Assembly: GCA_030167865.1 (NCBI GenBank)
Contig: JALAGF010004294.1
Span: 1-37,284 of the forward strand
Source of the DNA: Craspedostauros australis
Lineage: Eukaryota
DNA: 37,284 nucleotides
Direction: 5' to 3'
Numbering within the stretch: the first letter of the stretch is position 1; every line of letters starts with the position of its first letter. The notes below the pieces were generated by a model. It worked only from the letters and a program-made list of their open reading frames with translations. It ran no database searches and was not told the origin of the DNA. Shown here one piece after another: positions 9,691-22,143 of the stretch. Made by a program: the position numbers and the translations under genes.

Positions 9691-11542
9691 CTATTTCGAC
9701 AACTCATCCCACGTCTCCTGGAAGAGCTTGAGGAAGGCTTCATTTTCCTCCTTGGTACCGACCGTGACACGGATGCATTCATCGCAGTGGAGCTCCGACC
9801 CGCGGTACCTCGTGACGACGCCCTTGTCGGCCATGGTCTTGTAGAGCTCCTTGGCGAGCTTCGTGACGCGGAAGAGGAGGAAGTTGGAATCGGAGGGATA
9901 CACCTTGACGACGAAGTCGAGGGCCTCGAGACGCTGGCGCACGACGACGCGCTGTTCCAGGACGCTTTGGACGTTTTTCTGCAGTGTTGCGATGGAGCTC
10001 ATGGCGTTGATGGCGACTTCGGATGTGAGGGAATTGACGTTGTAGGGCGCCTTGACGTTGTTCATGAGCTGGATGACGTCGGGGCTGCCGACGCAGAATC
10101 CGCAGCGGATGCCGGCCAAGCCGAATGCTTTGGAAAGTGTTTGCAAGACGACAATGTTGGGGTACTTGTTGACGAGGGCGATGGCCGAGACGGGGGTGCC
10201 ATTGTCGGCCGTGACGAAATCGATGTATGCCTCATCCACAACGATGATGCCCTGGTAGTCCTTGGAGGTCGCGAGCTGCTCGATGACGCTGAGCGGGATT
10301 GCCTTGCACGTTGGGTTGCCTGGACTGCAGATGAACATGAGCTTGGTGTTTTCGTTGGCGCCGGCGATTGTCTGTTTTGTCGGTGGAAATTGTCGTGCGT
10401 CGCATTTTGATCCAGTGTGATGTGACACAGTGTCATTTGAGGCGACGTGATTTGATGCAAATGTATGGCATCGTATGTACATTGCGAGATGATGTATGTT
10501 GGTTTTGCGATGATGCAGAATGGAATACATCGAGTTTGCATCGTCAACGCCGTCAATAACATCAATATTGTCGTCATGGTCGCCATCGATTGTCAATTCC
10601 AATATCCATTTGGTCGCACGTGCGGTTGCCGTCATCGACAATCCAATTGAATTCGCAAGTTGTAAATTGAGTTTGCATTTCAACATTGTATCAGCACGAG
10701 TATTGAAATGAAGTCCGTTTGTCATTGATGGCAATGCGCGCCAATTGGAATCAATGGAGAGAGAGAGAGAGAGCATGCAAGAGATGAAAGAAGACTGATG
10801 AGCAGACCGAGACTGCCGCACCGATTTTCGCACATGCAAACCTGAGCTGCAATGCAATCCACACCAACATCAGCACATGAATGCAATCCAATTCAATGTA
10901 ATTCAATGTTATACATACCTCTGGAATTTGCACATCAAAATCAGGCGTCAATGGAACCTTGAGGATTTCGACATCATTGACCTTGGCGCAGACCTTGTAC
11001 ATTCCGTAGGTTGGCGGCGTGATGAGAATGTTGTCCTTGCCAGGATAACAGAAGACTCGCATGAGCAGATCGATGGCCTCATCGGACCCCACGCCGACGA
11101 AGAGATTGGCGGGCGTGATGCCGTGTCCGCGGAACTTGGAGTAGAGCTCCTTGAGCTTGGTCTGGTGAGGATCGGGGTAGCGTTCGAGGGTGTTGTCATT
11201 GTCGAAGGGATCGAGGTTTTTGGTGGGCAGACTGGTGGGGCCGAAGGCATTCTCGTTGGCATCCAGCAGCACGCCATCGCTGTAATCATCACGGGCGCAG
11301 CGGTATGGCATCAGCTCCAGGATGTTCTTGCGCGCCAAGCGGGCGGCGACGCCGTTATTGTCACTTGCGGATGTCATTGTTGTTGTCGATGCAGTTGCTG
11401 TTGAAGTTGCTGTTAAAGTTAGTGGTGCAATGGGAGCAGGTGATGATGCAGATGGTGCAGATGATGGAGAAGCTGAGATCAGAAGCGAAGTGAGAAAGAT
11501 TTGTGAGGTTGTCTGGAGGAACCTGGACCAACTGCCTGTCAT
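9691..11542 (-). CDS. hisC: Histidinol-phosphate aminotransferase (exons 11542 or 11377 to 10919, and 10371-9691)
   Basis: Motifs PYRCARDDY, LLDANEN, RYPDP, GVGSDEAID, PPTYGMY, CSPGNPT, VVDEAYIDF and the PLP-lysine motif TLSKAFGLAGIRCG. Phase-0 intron 10918-10372 (GAG|GTATGT ... AAACAG|ACA). Two candidate ATGs, 11542 and 11377. Confidence 0.95.
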
Positions 11543-11648
11543 GCATGCGATCAAGTCTCTTGAAGGAGCCCGTTGCGGTATTGCCTTGTGCGGTGTTGCC
11601 TTGGGGGGTGAGAAGCCTTGAAGTGTGGGCGTGGTTGGGTTGGTCGCC

Positions 11649-11697
11649 AATGCAATGCGATGCAATGCAGTGCAATGCGATTCAATGTAACGCGATA
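11649..11697. repeat. Degenerate (ATGCA/ATGCG)n pentamer repeat upstream of hisC
   Basis: aatgcaatgcgatgcaatgcagtgcaatgcgattcaatgtaacgcgata seen directly. Confidence 0.7.
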
Positions 11698-12412
11698 CAG
11701 TCGGAAGAGGTTGAGATGGAGCAGAGTTGAGCAGAGTGAGATCAAACGTTCAATTTCTGGACGGTGGTGCGACGTTGGTTGATGTCAAACAGGATCTCAC
11801 GAAACTGCAGACCGTCCGTGTCAACGTTTGGGTGATTTGGGTTTGGAGGTTGGTCCAATCGCGGATGTTCCTCGTTGTTTGGCGATTGGTTGGCCTGTCG
11901 CCACACATTTGGCGGGCGCATTCCACACAAAGGCGTGGCAATGGCCTTGAACACGTCATACCCACACCCGCCTCCCAGGCCGCTGTTCGTTTCTGTGGAC
12001 AGAAAGTGATGTGATTGGTGCATGTTTCATCGTATCACGGACAGACCTGGCTTCGCGTTGGTGTGTTCGAGAAAATGGGAAGCCGATAGTTCGCATTTCA
12101 TTGTTGCAATGCGAAGCTCAAGTCAGTCTGTCGGGCGTACGACAGCACACTGTGTTGTTGACGCAACTCCAAAAACAGTATCTACGACCAGTACGACTGC
12201 AACGATCAAACGAGAAACCGGGAGGAATCCTGTTGCCAACACGCGCCGCCGACCTGCGATACCGATCCACGATGCCATCACACCTCATGCCGCTGCGTCG
12301 TTGCCGCAACCACATGCACACATGCATGCAAACACGCGATGACACATGGATGTATGATGACATGGATGGAGGAACCAACTGCACACGGCCATGCATCATC
12401 ATTTGAGTCAGC

Positions 12413-14354
12413 ATGTCATCCACAATCTCCATTCTCGTCCTGTTCTTCGCCCTCACCGTCGTTTCCACGGTGGCCGCCCTGTCATCGCCGCAGCCTGCTG
12501 CAAGCACTGCAGAGTCGACATCGCGCACATTCGATGTAGTAGTCATCGGCGGAGGATCCGCCGGATTGACGGCCGCCAAGTTCGCCAGCAGCACCTGCGG
12601 CAGGTCCGTAGCCATCGTGGAGAAGGCGAGGTTGGGCGGCGACTGCACGTGGACGGGATGCGTGCCATCCAAATCGCTCATTGCGTCCGCCAAGGCATCT
12701 GCCGTGTTGCGCAAGAAAATGGCCTCCCCACAATCGTTGGCCACGGATTGGGCGCAAGCGCGCGAGCTCTTTCGCAAACATCAGCAGGAGATTTATGACA
12801 AGGATGACGCGCCGCAGGTTCTGGAGATGGCCGGTGTGCAGACGATACAAGGCAAGGCATTCGTGCAAGCGGATGATACGGTTGTTGTCACGGCGGTATC
12901 GGCGACAGAAGAAGAAGAAAACGGCGACGGCAGCGCAACAACACCGCCCTGCATCGTTCATGCCAAGGAGGGCATCATCGTATGCACCGGCGCGACGGCT
13001 GTCCAACCCACCGGAGACGATGAGATCATTCCAGGCCTCACAACCGTCAACTACGTCACGTATGAAGGCATCTGGGACTTGGAACGGCTGCCACCGCGCA
13101 TCACTGTCGTGGGCGGCGGCCCGATCGGCTGCGAGCTGGCGCAGGCCCTGTCTCGGTTGGGTTGCAATATCACCATGGTCGTTGCGAGCGATCGCTTGCT
13201 GCCGCAAGAGGATGCGATGGCCGGCCAGACGTTGCAGAAAGTGTTTGCGCAGACCATGCAGCTGCATTTGGGGCAACGACCCGCGCGCATTGAGAGTAGC
13301 GGTGGCGGTGGTCACACGATCGTTTTGCAGGATGGCACCACCACGATTGAGGGTGATCTCATCCTGCTGTCGATCGGGCGTCGGCCAAACACTCGGGGTT
13401 TTGGATTGGAGGAGCTGGGTGTGCAATGCGATGGGGGGATCCAGGTCAACGACATGCTGCGAACCAGCAACAAGAGGATATACGCGGCAGGAGATTGCAC
13501 CGGCGATCGGCAATTGTGAGTTTGTCTTGTTGCGAGTTCGTTATCGTTGTTAATCCTATTGCTGCTGTTGCGACTGTTGCTGTTGTTACTGCTGCGGTAC
13601 TGTTGCGACGTTGACAATGATGCGCTTCTTCACTGTGGACAACCTGAGGGCAATGCCATCGAATACATACACAACAGCCGGCTGTCCAGACTTCCATAAT
13701 GTGCGTGGCACAGTCGCACGGTACCAGCATACGTGCCAGGATGATACCACACGAACCACTTACATGTATGTGTCACGTTTCTTTCATGGCGCTGCCACGC
13801 TCAACACGGCATGCCCTCTTCATCCCGCACTCTCTCTCTCTTCCCTCTTTCTCAACGACAGCACCCACTACGCTGGATTCCAAGGTGCGATTGCCGCCCG
13901 CAACCTCCTCTTGCCACTTTCCGATCGCGGAGTTCTGGGCAATGAAATCCCAGCCACCACCTTCACATCGCCGGAGGTCGCTTCCATCGGTCAAACCGAA
14001 CAAGTCGCGATCGCAGAACTCGGCACCAAGAACGTCGGTGTCGCCTTCAAAGATCTGAAGAACAGCGACCGCGCCGTCTGTGACAACAACGTCCAAGGCT
14101 TCCTCAAGGTTGTCTACCATCGCCGCACGGGCAAGATACTCGGTGCAACCATCATGTGTCCGTCGGCGGGGGAACTGATATCAGAGATTTCCGTGATGAT
14201 GCAATTCGGCCGTCCCTTTGCCGAGCTGTCCAAAGTCATCCATCCTTACCCATCATACGCCATCGAACTGCAACTGCTGGCGGCCGATGTTTACTATGCC
14301 GACCTCAAAAAGACCATGCCGCTCTACAACTTTCTGAAGCGGATCGGGTTGTGA
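12413..14354 (+). CDS. Class-I pyridine nucleotide-disulfide oxidoreductase, MerA/dihydrolipoamide-dehydrogenase-like, with signal peptide (exons 12413-13515, 13862-14354)
   Basis: FAD motif DVVVIGGGSAG, redox disulfide GGDCTWTGCVPSK (12635-12673), NAD(P) motif VVGGGPIGCELAQ, and YAAGDC. Phase-2 intron 13516-13861 (TT|GTGAGT ... GACAG|C) restores QFTHYAGFQG. Interface domain GKILGATI...AGELISEI...IHPYPSY. Hydrophobic N-terminus ISILVLFFALTVVSTVAA. Confidence 0.92.
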
Positions 14355-16509
14355 ATTGGTGTTGGCACAGGGAACACCAATACGCCACGAGCAGCGACGA
14401 ATGCGAAAAGTTCACCTTCATTCATCATCAACAACGACATTGATACCAGCACAGAGGTCGGTGAATCAGTCATCACGGTGTTCAGTTGGCAGATCATTGT
14501 GGTACGAGCTACATCTTCCGAACAACAGTCTACTCGTATGCCACTGCTGTTGTGATTGGCTGGTGTTTGTAGGCACTATCATATTATAGCCCATAGCTCG
14601 TACCATACTCGTATGTCTTATGCGTACAATGCGCTGGTGGATCTCGTCTGCTCTGATCTATGCTCATTGCGAAGGCTAAGACGACTGGCACGATTCGTTG
14701 TCCCGTCCAAACCAAAGCGAATCGGATTTTGTATTTGTTCGCCAACTCGACTGCGGCACAACGCGAAGACACGTCTGCGATCTTGTCATCCGCATCACCT
14801 CCCGTCACGGGCCAAAAACGTCAATTCGTTCCATTGATGCAATGAGCATAGATGCCGTGAAGGGGCACCGTTGCGTGTGTGCTTTGGTGGTCGTTGTCAT
14901 TGCACTGTTTGGACGTGGCAGCAACACCGCACAGGTTGTTTGTTTGCTGATGTTCGTTGTTCGTTGATCGGCATGTGGTCCGTGGTCGTTTGATCACCAC
15001 AGATGTCATCATCGATGGCATGGGTGTTGATCTTGCGGACACGTCGACAATTTTCCATCTGTCATTCGGATGAGCGGATTTTTTCACCTGCTGCTTCGGC
15101 GTGCTGTCGTCATTGTCGACACCATCGTCAGCGCAGTGATGCAGCTTGCATGGTGATGGCAGGATGGAAACACATCATCGGCGAAACCATGTGACCAAAT
15201 GGCCATCATCCTGAATGCGTACCAAGACGTAGGCATTTGATGTGCGGTTGAATTGCCGCTGCACATCGCAGGCAGGCAGGCAGCTGCGACTACCTCCGAC
15301 TCGTATTATCTTTCAGCGCGTACTCACCCACGTCGACAGAAAAATGCATCTGCCATGTCCAACGCACGACCGGACGTCGAGTGACGGATCGGTCAATGCC
15401 GATGGCAACCGTTTTGTCATCGTCAAATGGTTTTGGCCAACTGGCAAGAGGGACCGATGGCCATCATCTCGCACGAATCGCTCCTTGCGCGGATTCATCT
15501 TCTCCCGTGATGTACGTCAGCATCGCACTGTTGCTGGGGACACCTGGACTGGCCTCGACGGCGCTCGTTCGCGTCGTCTTGGGGAGGAGGATGGGACGAG
15601 AACGAGAGAGCGCGCAGATGGCCGCGAGCGACGTGGGCGGCTGCATCGACAGCGACGTTGCTTCTCGCGTGCGTACTTGAGGTACATCTGACTACTTGTT
15701 CGTCTTCCAGAACGAGACGGCCGTTCTCATGACCGCGTACGACTCGTGCTGGTGCTCTGTTCGGATTTCCTCCTTGTGTGGTTTCGCTGCTTGCTTCGTC
15801 TCGTCTCATAAAATCAGAAAAACGGTTCCCCGCCCTGCGTGTGTGCGAACGGCGAACGGTGAAATCAACTGCTCCTTCGTCGCGGGAGGATGTTACCATG
15901 ATGAGGCCTCTTGTTGCCAAGATGAGGTGAGCACCAAACCGATAGCACTGCGTACGTAGTGTGTGGTAGATTGGTCTGTCTCTGATGTCGCAATGGCGGC
16001 TGCGGTCAAAATCGTTGAATGATAGAAGCAGTGGCGCCGGCGAAACGAAGAAAACATCGTGGAGTTTAAATTTGTGTGAGTGATAACGCACACGTGTTGG
16101 CATGAATGTGCCCCCGCTTGCTGACTTCCCGCTCGTTCGTTGATTCGCTTATTCGGAAGCAAAGCAAAGCGCGCGGCCGAACATTCATCCCATCCTCTGT
16201 GATGCATCCATGCAAAACATCGCCATGCAGCCCCGGTGTTTACTCATCCCCTTACCTCACCAACATCGAATGCGACCCATCGTTGCTCCATTGGCGATCT
16301 CATCCAGCCGCATGGAGCAGGAATACCTACTCTAGATTGCGTGCCATATGCTACAGCACCGCGCCATCTGCACATCTTCGCACAGCCCATGGTGGATGAG
16401 AACATACAATACACACAGGAGGCACCAGATTGCACCAACTTTGCGGCATCATGTGCGTTGAAGTGGTCGTCACCAAGACACGTCAAGGTATTGGCACATC
16501 CGACGCATC

Positions 16510-18120
16510 TCATCGGCCGGTTGTGGCGACTGGTGTGCCCGTCGGCGCCACCATGGTCAGGGTGATAGAATACAGCACCAGCTGCTTCGACACCGTAGCT
16601 TGCGGTTGCAAATCGTGGGTATCAGTTGCCATACTGGCTGTGCTGGCCTGGCCAATCGGGATTCTGGCCCCAATATCAATGCTCTCATGAGAGGGCTTGG
16701 CCATGCCACCGGAATGATACTCCGGCACAACGCGGATGAAGCATCTAATCGTGTGTGCGTTGCTTGATGGTGCTGGCATGAGCTTGATTGGTTCCCTCTT
16801 GGTCTTGCTCCTGCCGATGCTTTGTTGGTGTGCAACATCCTTGCAGCCGTGGCGGGGTCCATTCTCGCCAAAACAATGTGCCGCACGATCGAAGTGCTTG
16901 GTGGATCTGTTGGCGTCGAGAGCCGTGCTCTTTTTCGCGCTCGCGCCTCCAGTCTCACTTGGCGTTATGACCTTCTCGACGTTGACGTCAACCATTGACC
17001 CACGGGGATAAATCTGCTCCAGGCTTTGCGAATGTGATGCCAGGCTTGCTGTTGCCCCTGACGGCCAAGATCCGCCTGATGGCAGCAGGATCCGGCTGCA
17101 ACCGTTGCGATTGCCGAATGCAGGGATAGCGTCGGCGGAGGAATGTGGAGGACGATTCGGCCGGCAAAGCTCAAAGATACTGCGTCCGATCCATGATGAT
17201 CCAGTTGTTTCTGCCAAGGCTTGGCTGAACGACAGTATGCGGAACGGGAAGGAGGTGAGGGTAGTGAAGTGCATTTCCTGTGGTGAAATCTGCGTGCGGT
17301 GATTGCGTGGTTGGACTTGCACTTGCACCGGTAGCGGCGCATCTTGGTGGGCATCATCTGGGGCGTTGCGGTGGGTTGTGGAACCCGCAATTCCATTCTC
17401 TTCAGCCCCCACAGTGGATGGTGGACTTGATGGATGTTGCGAAAGTGCCAAAAGGGCTGAGGCAGGTTCCTCATAGCTTCTTGCTTTGGGGTTGATGGTG
17501 ACCGCATGGTCCATTGCAGGAGAAGGCGCATCAATTCTCGCTCTCTTGCTCATGGTTGGTCCATCGCTGACATCAGCGCTGCGGTGGCCCGCAGCTCTTG
17601 CATTTTGCTGCGTTGTGGGGTTTTCGTCCTTCCGTCGTTTACAATGCACGCCATCACTTCGCGATTGGTGCACACCGACCTGGATGCGCCCTTCGTGATG
17701 TTGTTGCGCCGTCCGCGCACCACGGGCTGACAGAAGGGATTGAGTTTGTGTGCGGGTGCCGCCATCTTCGAAGCCACGGCGCGCATGCTCTTGCCCAACG
17801 GAATCAGATTTCATCGTTGGTGTGGCGGTGTCGCTGTTATCCGAGTCAGATGTGATGGTGTGGAACTGAGTGGCACCGTCGTTGGCGACAATTACGTCGT
17901 CAATGTGCCTCGCCTCCTGAAAGTTGCGATTGGTTGTCTCGTCTTCAGGACCGCTGGTGCTGCCAGTGGCACTGCCGCTGCCATCGTCAGTGGTCGTGTG
18001 GGCGTCGTTGGAGTCCGTGTCTGTGCCTCCGCCAGGGCTGCTGCTTCTGCTGTTGGTGCCTTCGGGATCGGGCAACTGCCGTCTTTTCCATCCGATCGAT
18101 TGCTCATTCGGGAACAACAT
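16510..18120 (-). CDS. Disordered protein with split PAS-like domain, paralog A
   Basis: 536-aa ORF with start context CCACCATG. Contains NLS-like KRRKD and KRARID, an EPASALLALS motif, a PAS-like segment TLTSFPFRILSFSQALAETTGSSWIGRSIFEL (about 17272-17164), and C-terminal strands IRCFIRVVP...LVLYSITL. Homologous to the 22144-24501 gene. Confidence 0.72.
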   Translation of the reverse strand: MLFPNEQSIGWKRRQLPDPEGTNSRSSSPGGGTDTDSNDAHTTTDDGSGSATGSTSGPEDETTNRNFQEARHIDDVIVANDGATQFHTITSDSDNSDTATPTMKSDSVGQEHARRGFEDGGTRTQTQSLLSARGARTAQQHHEGRIQVGVHQSRSDGVHCKRRKDENPTTQQNARAAGHRSADVSDGPTMSKRARIDAPSPAMDHAVTINPKARSYEEPASALLALSQHPSSPPSTVGAEENGIAGSTTHRNAPDDAHQDAPLPVQVQVQPRNHRTQISPQEMHFTTLTSFPFRILSFSQALAETTGSSWIGRSIFELCRPNRPPHSSADAIPAFGNRNGCSRILLPSGGSWPSGATASLASHSQSLEQIYPRGSMVDVNVEKVITPSETGGASAKKSTALDANRSTKHFDRAAHCFGENGPRHGCKDVAHQQSIGRSKTKREPIKLMPAPSSNAHTIRCFIRVVPEYHSGGMAKPSHESIDIGARIPIGQASTASMATDTHDLQPQATVSKQLVLYSITLTMVAPTGTPVATTGR

Positions 18121-21100
18121 GGTGGGTTGATGCGGTGAACATTTATTGACCGTTGTTAGCTGACTTCAGATCATGCCAAAGAATGGCAATGGCTGGGTCG
18201 AAGTCAAGTTACTGATGCAACAGTGACGCAGAGGAAGGTGAACAGATGATTGGGCATGAAGATGGGTGAAGGAATGGTGAGGTGGGAGTACTGAATATTG
18301 GACAATAGTTAGTCGCGCACCTACAGTCATCAGAGCATGATCGAGGAGTCGCCGTCATGAAGCTGGTCCTACAGATTCACCTTGGACGAGGCTGGAGCAA
18401 TCTGAGGCTCGTCCTTCAGCCCTGAGTTTGGCACCGAGCACAACGACCTCCATCCACGCGTTCACCCATCCAGCCCTCTCAGCCGACTCTGCGGAATCTC
18501 TGAATCTCCCACATGTGCATGTACTCACATGCACGTTGGCAGGTGTAGAGTTGATGAGACTATCACACTCCACAACGAATGCCATTTGTGCGTAGGCAAT
18601 CCTTCCAGAGCAGTGCTGTGTTGTGCTGTGTTTCTGGATGGAGTCGATTTGATGCGCTTTGTTTGTTTGTTTGCTGGTTTCTGGATGGTCAATCGGGTGA
18701 TTGGTTTGATGGGCGCGAAGTTCGATGTGCGCACAGAAGTTGATGCGTTCAACCTGCACATACGTCAGTTTTCTCGGTTGATGGCTCGCAAACGTGATGG
18801 ATGGGACGGACGAGAGTAGAAACACAGTACGTACGAGTACTCACATGGATGGTGAAGGCGTCGAAATGGACGTCTCTCTCTATGATGGAAGGGATGAGGA
18901 TTGGGATGCTGCAGGTGATGGGGTCGTTAATGTCCAACCAACAATCATGTCCTGCCTTGTTGATGGTGATGGGAATGTTGGTGGAGTACGAGGAGAGCAG
19001 AGTGCGTAGAGTGGAGTACTTGCCCTTCACGCTGTTTGGTTGTGTTGTTGTTGGTGTTGGTGTTGTTGTTGGTGCTGTGTGTGATTTGGCACGCAAACGA
19101 ATGAACGAATGAAGGAATCGAGCAACAAACAAACGAGTGATGGAAGAAACGGATGAACGAATGAAAAGCGCGCAATACGGCTCGGTCACCAAACCGCGAA
19201 ATGTGGCGGAATGCGATGACGACAACAAAACGACCACTGGAGAGGAAAACGTTGGAGACGACGAGGGAAAGTACCAAAAAAGTGGAGAAATACTCATTTG
19301 CGTTCGAGGCTGAATAGATACCATGTTCCAAGTACCTGTGTCCACATCCGCTTCTAACACAGTCGTCGTGGGCTTATGCTCTTTGTCCGTGGCGACTTCA
19401 AGTTTTGCAGAGGTGGCACGAGCAAGAAAACGACTTACTGGTGGACAAATGGAGTAATACTACCGAAGAGTGTGTCTGTTGAAGCGATGACGTGGAGGAT
19501 GATGACCTGGCACCACGCAACGCACGTCAAATGTGTGGCGTCGTGCCGGTGCTTTGCTGGTTGGTCGTGTCGACCTCGAAAAACTCTTCGGCAGATTGTT
19601 TCGCGGAAGGCGACGTGGACAGCGGCTCGAATTGGATTCGTCTGAACATGATTTGGGGCGCCCATGGTTAGATTCTGCCTGGAGCAAAGTAGCACGACCT
19701 ATGGTGCGCAGTGTGGAGTGTTGTGTAGGTACGAGTTGTGTGTTGCTTCTGCAGCATCGATTCGACTGCTCTACACGAACGAAGATAGGAGTAGCTGAGC
19801 CACAGGCAGGAGCGGCTGCTCAAGCTGATGAACGATGAGCTCGAGCGGCGCCGGTTCAGGTTGATGCCATGGTCTGAGATTATTCAAGAGATAATCCCCA
19901 TTGGGGGTGGGGGTGCCAGTTTCGTGTATGGTACTCTGCCATGCTCTTTCGTATTCGCACAGTGTGATACTCATGCAGCATGTGCATTTGCTGGTGGTGG
20001 ACGCATACAAGCATGCAGATGGTTTGGCCAAAAGGTGCCGAAAGCAACAGCGCTCGTGGCTTTGACATTCTTCCGAGAGCAGGGTGGTCGCAGTCGATCA
20101 GGATCCATCCAGACTTGCTCCGGATGGTCTGCACGGCATGCACTCGAACTGGGAAGAAGATGATTGGCGATCGTTCCGTTGCATCCGTCGGAGGTGCGAT
20201 CACCAGCGAAAGTGCGACGATACAGATTCGAGAGGTGGGGATAAGGATACGGGTCGGCAGATACTCGGATTGATGGGAAGCATCAGCGGCAGCTGCTCCA
20301 TGGCGGACATGCTCAACCACCACCAAACCTCAGGGTGGCGTCGAGGCTGTTGACTGGACCGACTTGATGCGCACCCTCTGCCACCAATGATGACGATCTA
20401 TGGTGTCCGCCAGTTGGCATTCGCCGTCTGCTGACATTGATTGTTGCTAGCGGTGGAGCGACACGTCGTATCCGTGCGGAGGCTGCCGCGCTGTGCGCGC
20501 GTTTGCCAGATTGCCATCGACAATCCAGGAACAGATGTCATCTGGCCTGGCCTGACCTGGCGATGCACGAGCACGAGTATGGCGTATCCGCTCTGGAGTA
20601 CTGCATCCATGGACGGCGTTGCGCTCCAATCAACCTGATGCACTCGTAATTGTAGCATCACTTGCGCGCGATCTAATATGATTCAGGAGTACCACCCCTA
20701 CGCTCTGATGCTCTGTTTCAGTGGATGGCTACTCAACGGCGTGTGGAGCATGGGTTCACGCAGTAGAGTATGTACGAGTATCCGTCCGCACCTCCAAGTG
20801 TCCGCACCTGCCCACGTGTGTCCGTCCACCTCCCTCCTCCTCCTCCTCTTTGCTCTGGAGTATCGGCAGCCAACTGGCTTTCGTTCTCGATTTCTGTTGG
20901 AATCATCTGTCGTGCCATTGTGTGAAAATGTCAACAAGTTGGAGAACCACCGATTTGGTCCGAAAATTTGCTCACAAATTGGAAGCGCAGTCTGTTTGGC
21001 CATCTGCTCAAAACGCAAACTCGCATTGTCGCCGCACATGGGGGCTTTGATGGGGAGAGGCCAACGAGTGAGGCAGAGAGCGAACAGATGCTGCTGTGAC

Positions 21101-22143
21101 AGATGTTGGCGGTCGGTGAGGCCATCACCGCTTGGATGCTTGGACATCCGTTCGCTTCAACTTGGGTCGCTTTTTGTTCTGCCAAACCAAAGATGGGGCA
21201 AGCGATGTTTCTCCAACAGTCGCCGTGCCTGCCGTTGCTTCTGCTGTTGCTCCCCCAATCACTTCGCACTGTTTCGACCACATCACACAATCATTGCTGG
21301 CATCAGCTACTTCCTTCCTTTGTATGGTATGTACGTGTGCGTAGTCTGATCATGATGCGTGTACGTGCCCGCATGTGATGACGGGAAGCACATACCACAT
21401 CCGCATCATCCCCGCCATCCTGTTGCGAAAACGACTAGCGCGTACGCACCCGCATCCAAGATGGGTAGATGCGGACATTCAGGATCTTCGGCAGCAGCTG
21501 GAGACGCGGTGCCAGAACTTACAGCAACAGCAGCAGCGGAAAGCAAATGAAGGGCCGCGTACACACACACACAGCTCGCACGCACACAAAGCAGCGCCAA
21601 CCAAAAATAGCAATTCGTTCCATTCTATTATATCTTTATCTTCCACATGGTGGCTGATGACATCGCCTCTCGTCGAGGATCCACCATCTGCTTGAATCCG
21701 TGCTGTGTCTTGACTTGTCCAATTCTACCGCGGGTTGCCCATCCACTGCCTGGTTCGGACAGCACCACCGGCACCGGCACGGGTGCTCTCCCACTTGCTT
21801 GTCCAAAGGCATCTGCGTATCACAAATCATTGCAGATCATCGTCCATCACCGCGCATCACGGCACGACCGGTTGCTCTTCGGAACCAATCCGCAACCACG
21901 CGCACACCTCCAACTGCGCCACTACCTATGTCTTCGCCACCATCAACACCTGTCGGAGAAGATCATCCGTCGCGCCCATAATGCGCTCCATCAATGACTA
22001 CCGTCGGCGCAAGCCATAGCGGGATGCAGCTACCCATCATGGCTCGTGATACTCCACACGCCGCGCCGGGAGAGAGCAACAGGCAACATCCAATCGAAGG
22101 CGAATATCGCCACTGTCATCGTCAGCGATGTCTCGCGTCCGTT

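Noticed and set aside
10372-10857. N-terminal 160 aa of the 388-aa ORF 9691-10857
   Set aside because: Stop-free read-through into the hisC intron, which contains a (GA)n tract; the HisC motifs join cleanly across 10919^10371.
12413-14354. Calling this gene merA (mercury resistance)
   Set aside because: It has no C-terminal Cys-Cys pair, no NmerA domain and no mer context.
18749-19360. 203-aa minus-strand ORF
   Set aside because: Non-ATG start, runs through (CAA/CAC) and (TTCA) microsatellite-like tracts, and has no motifs or codon bias.
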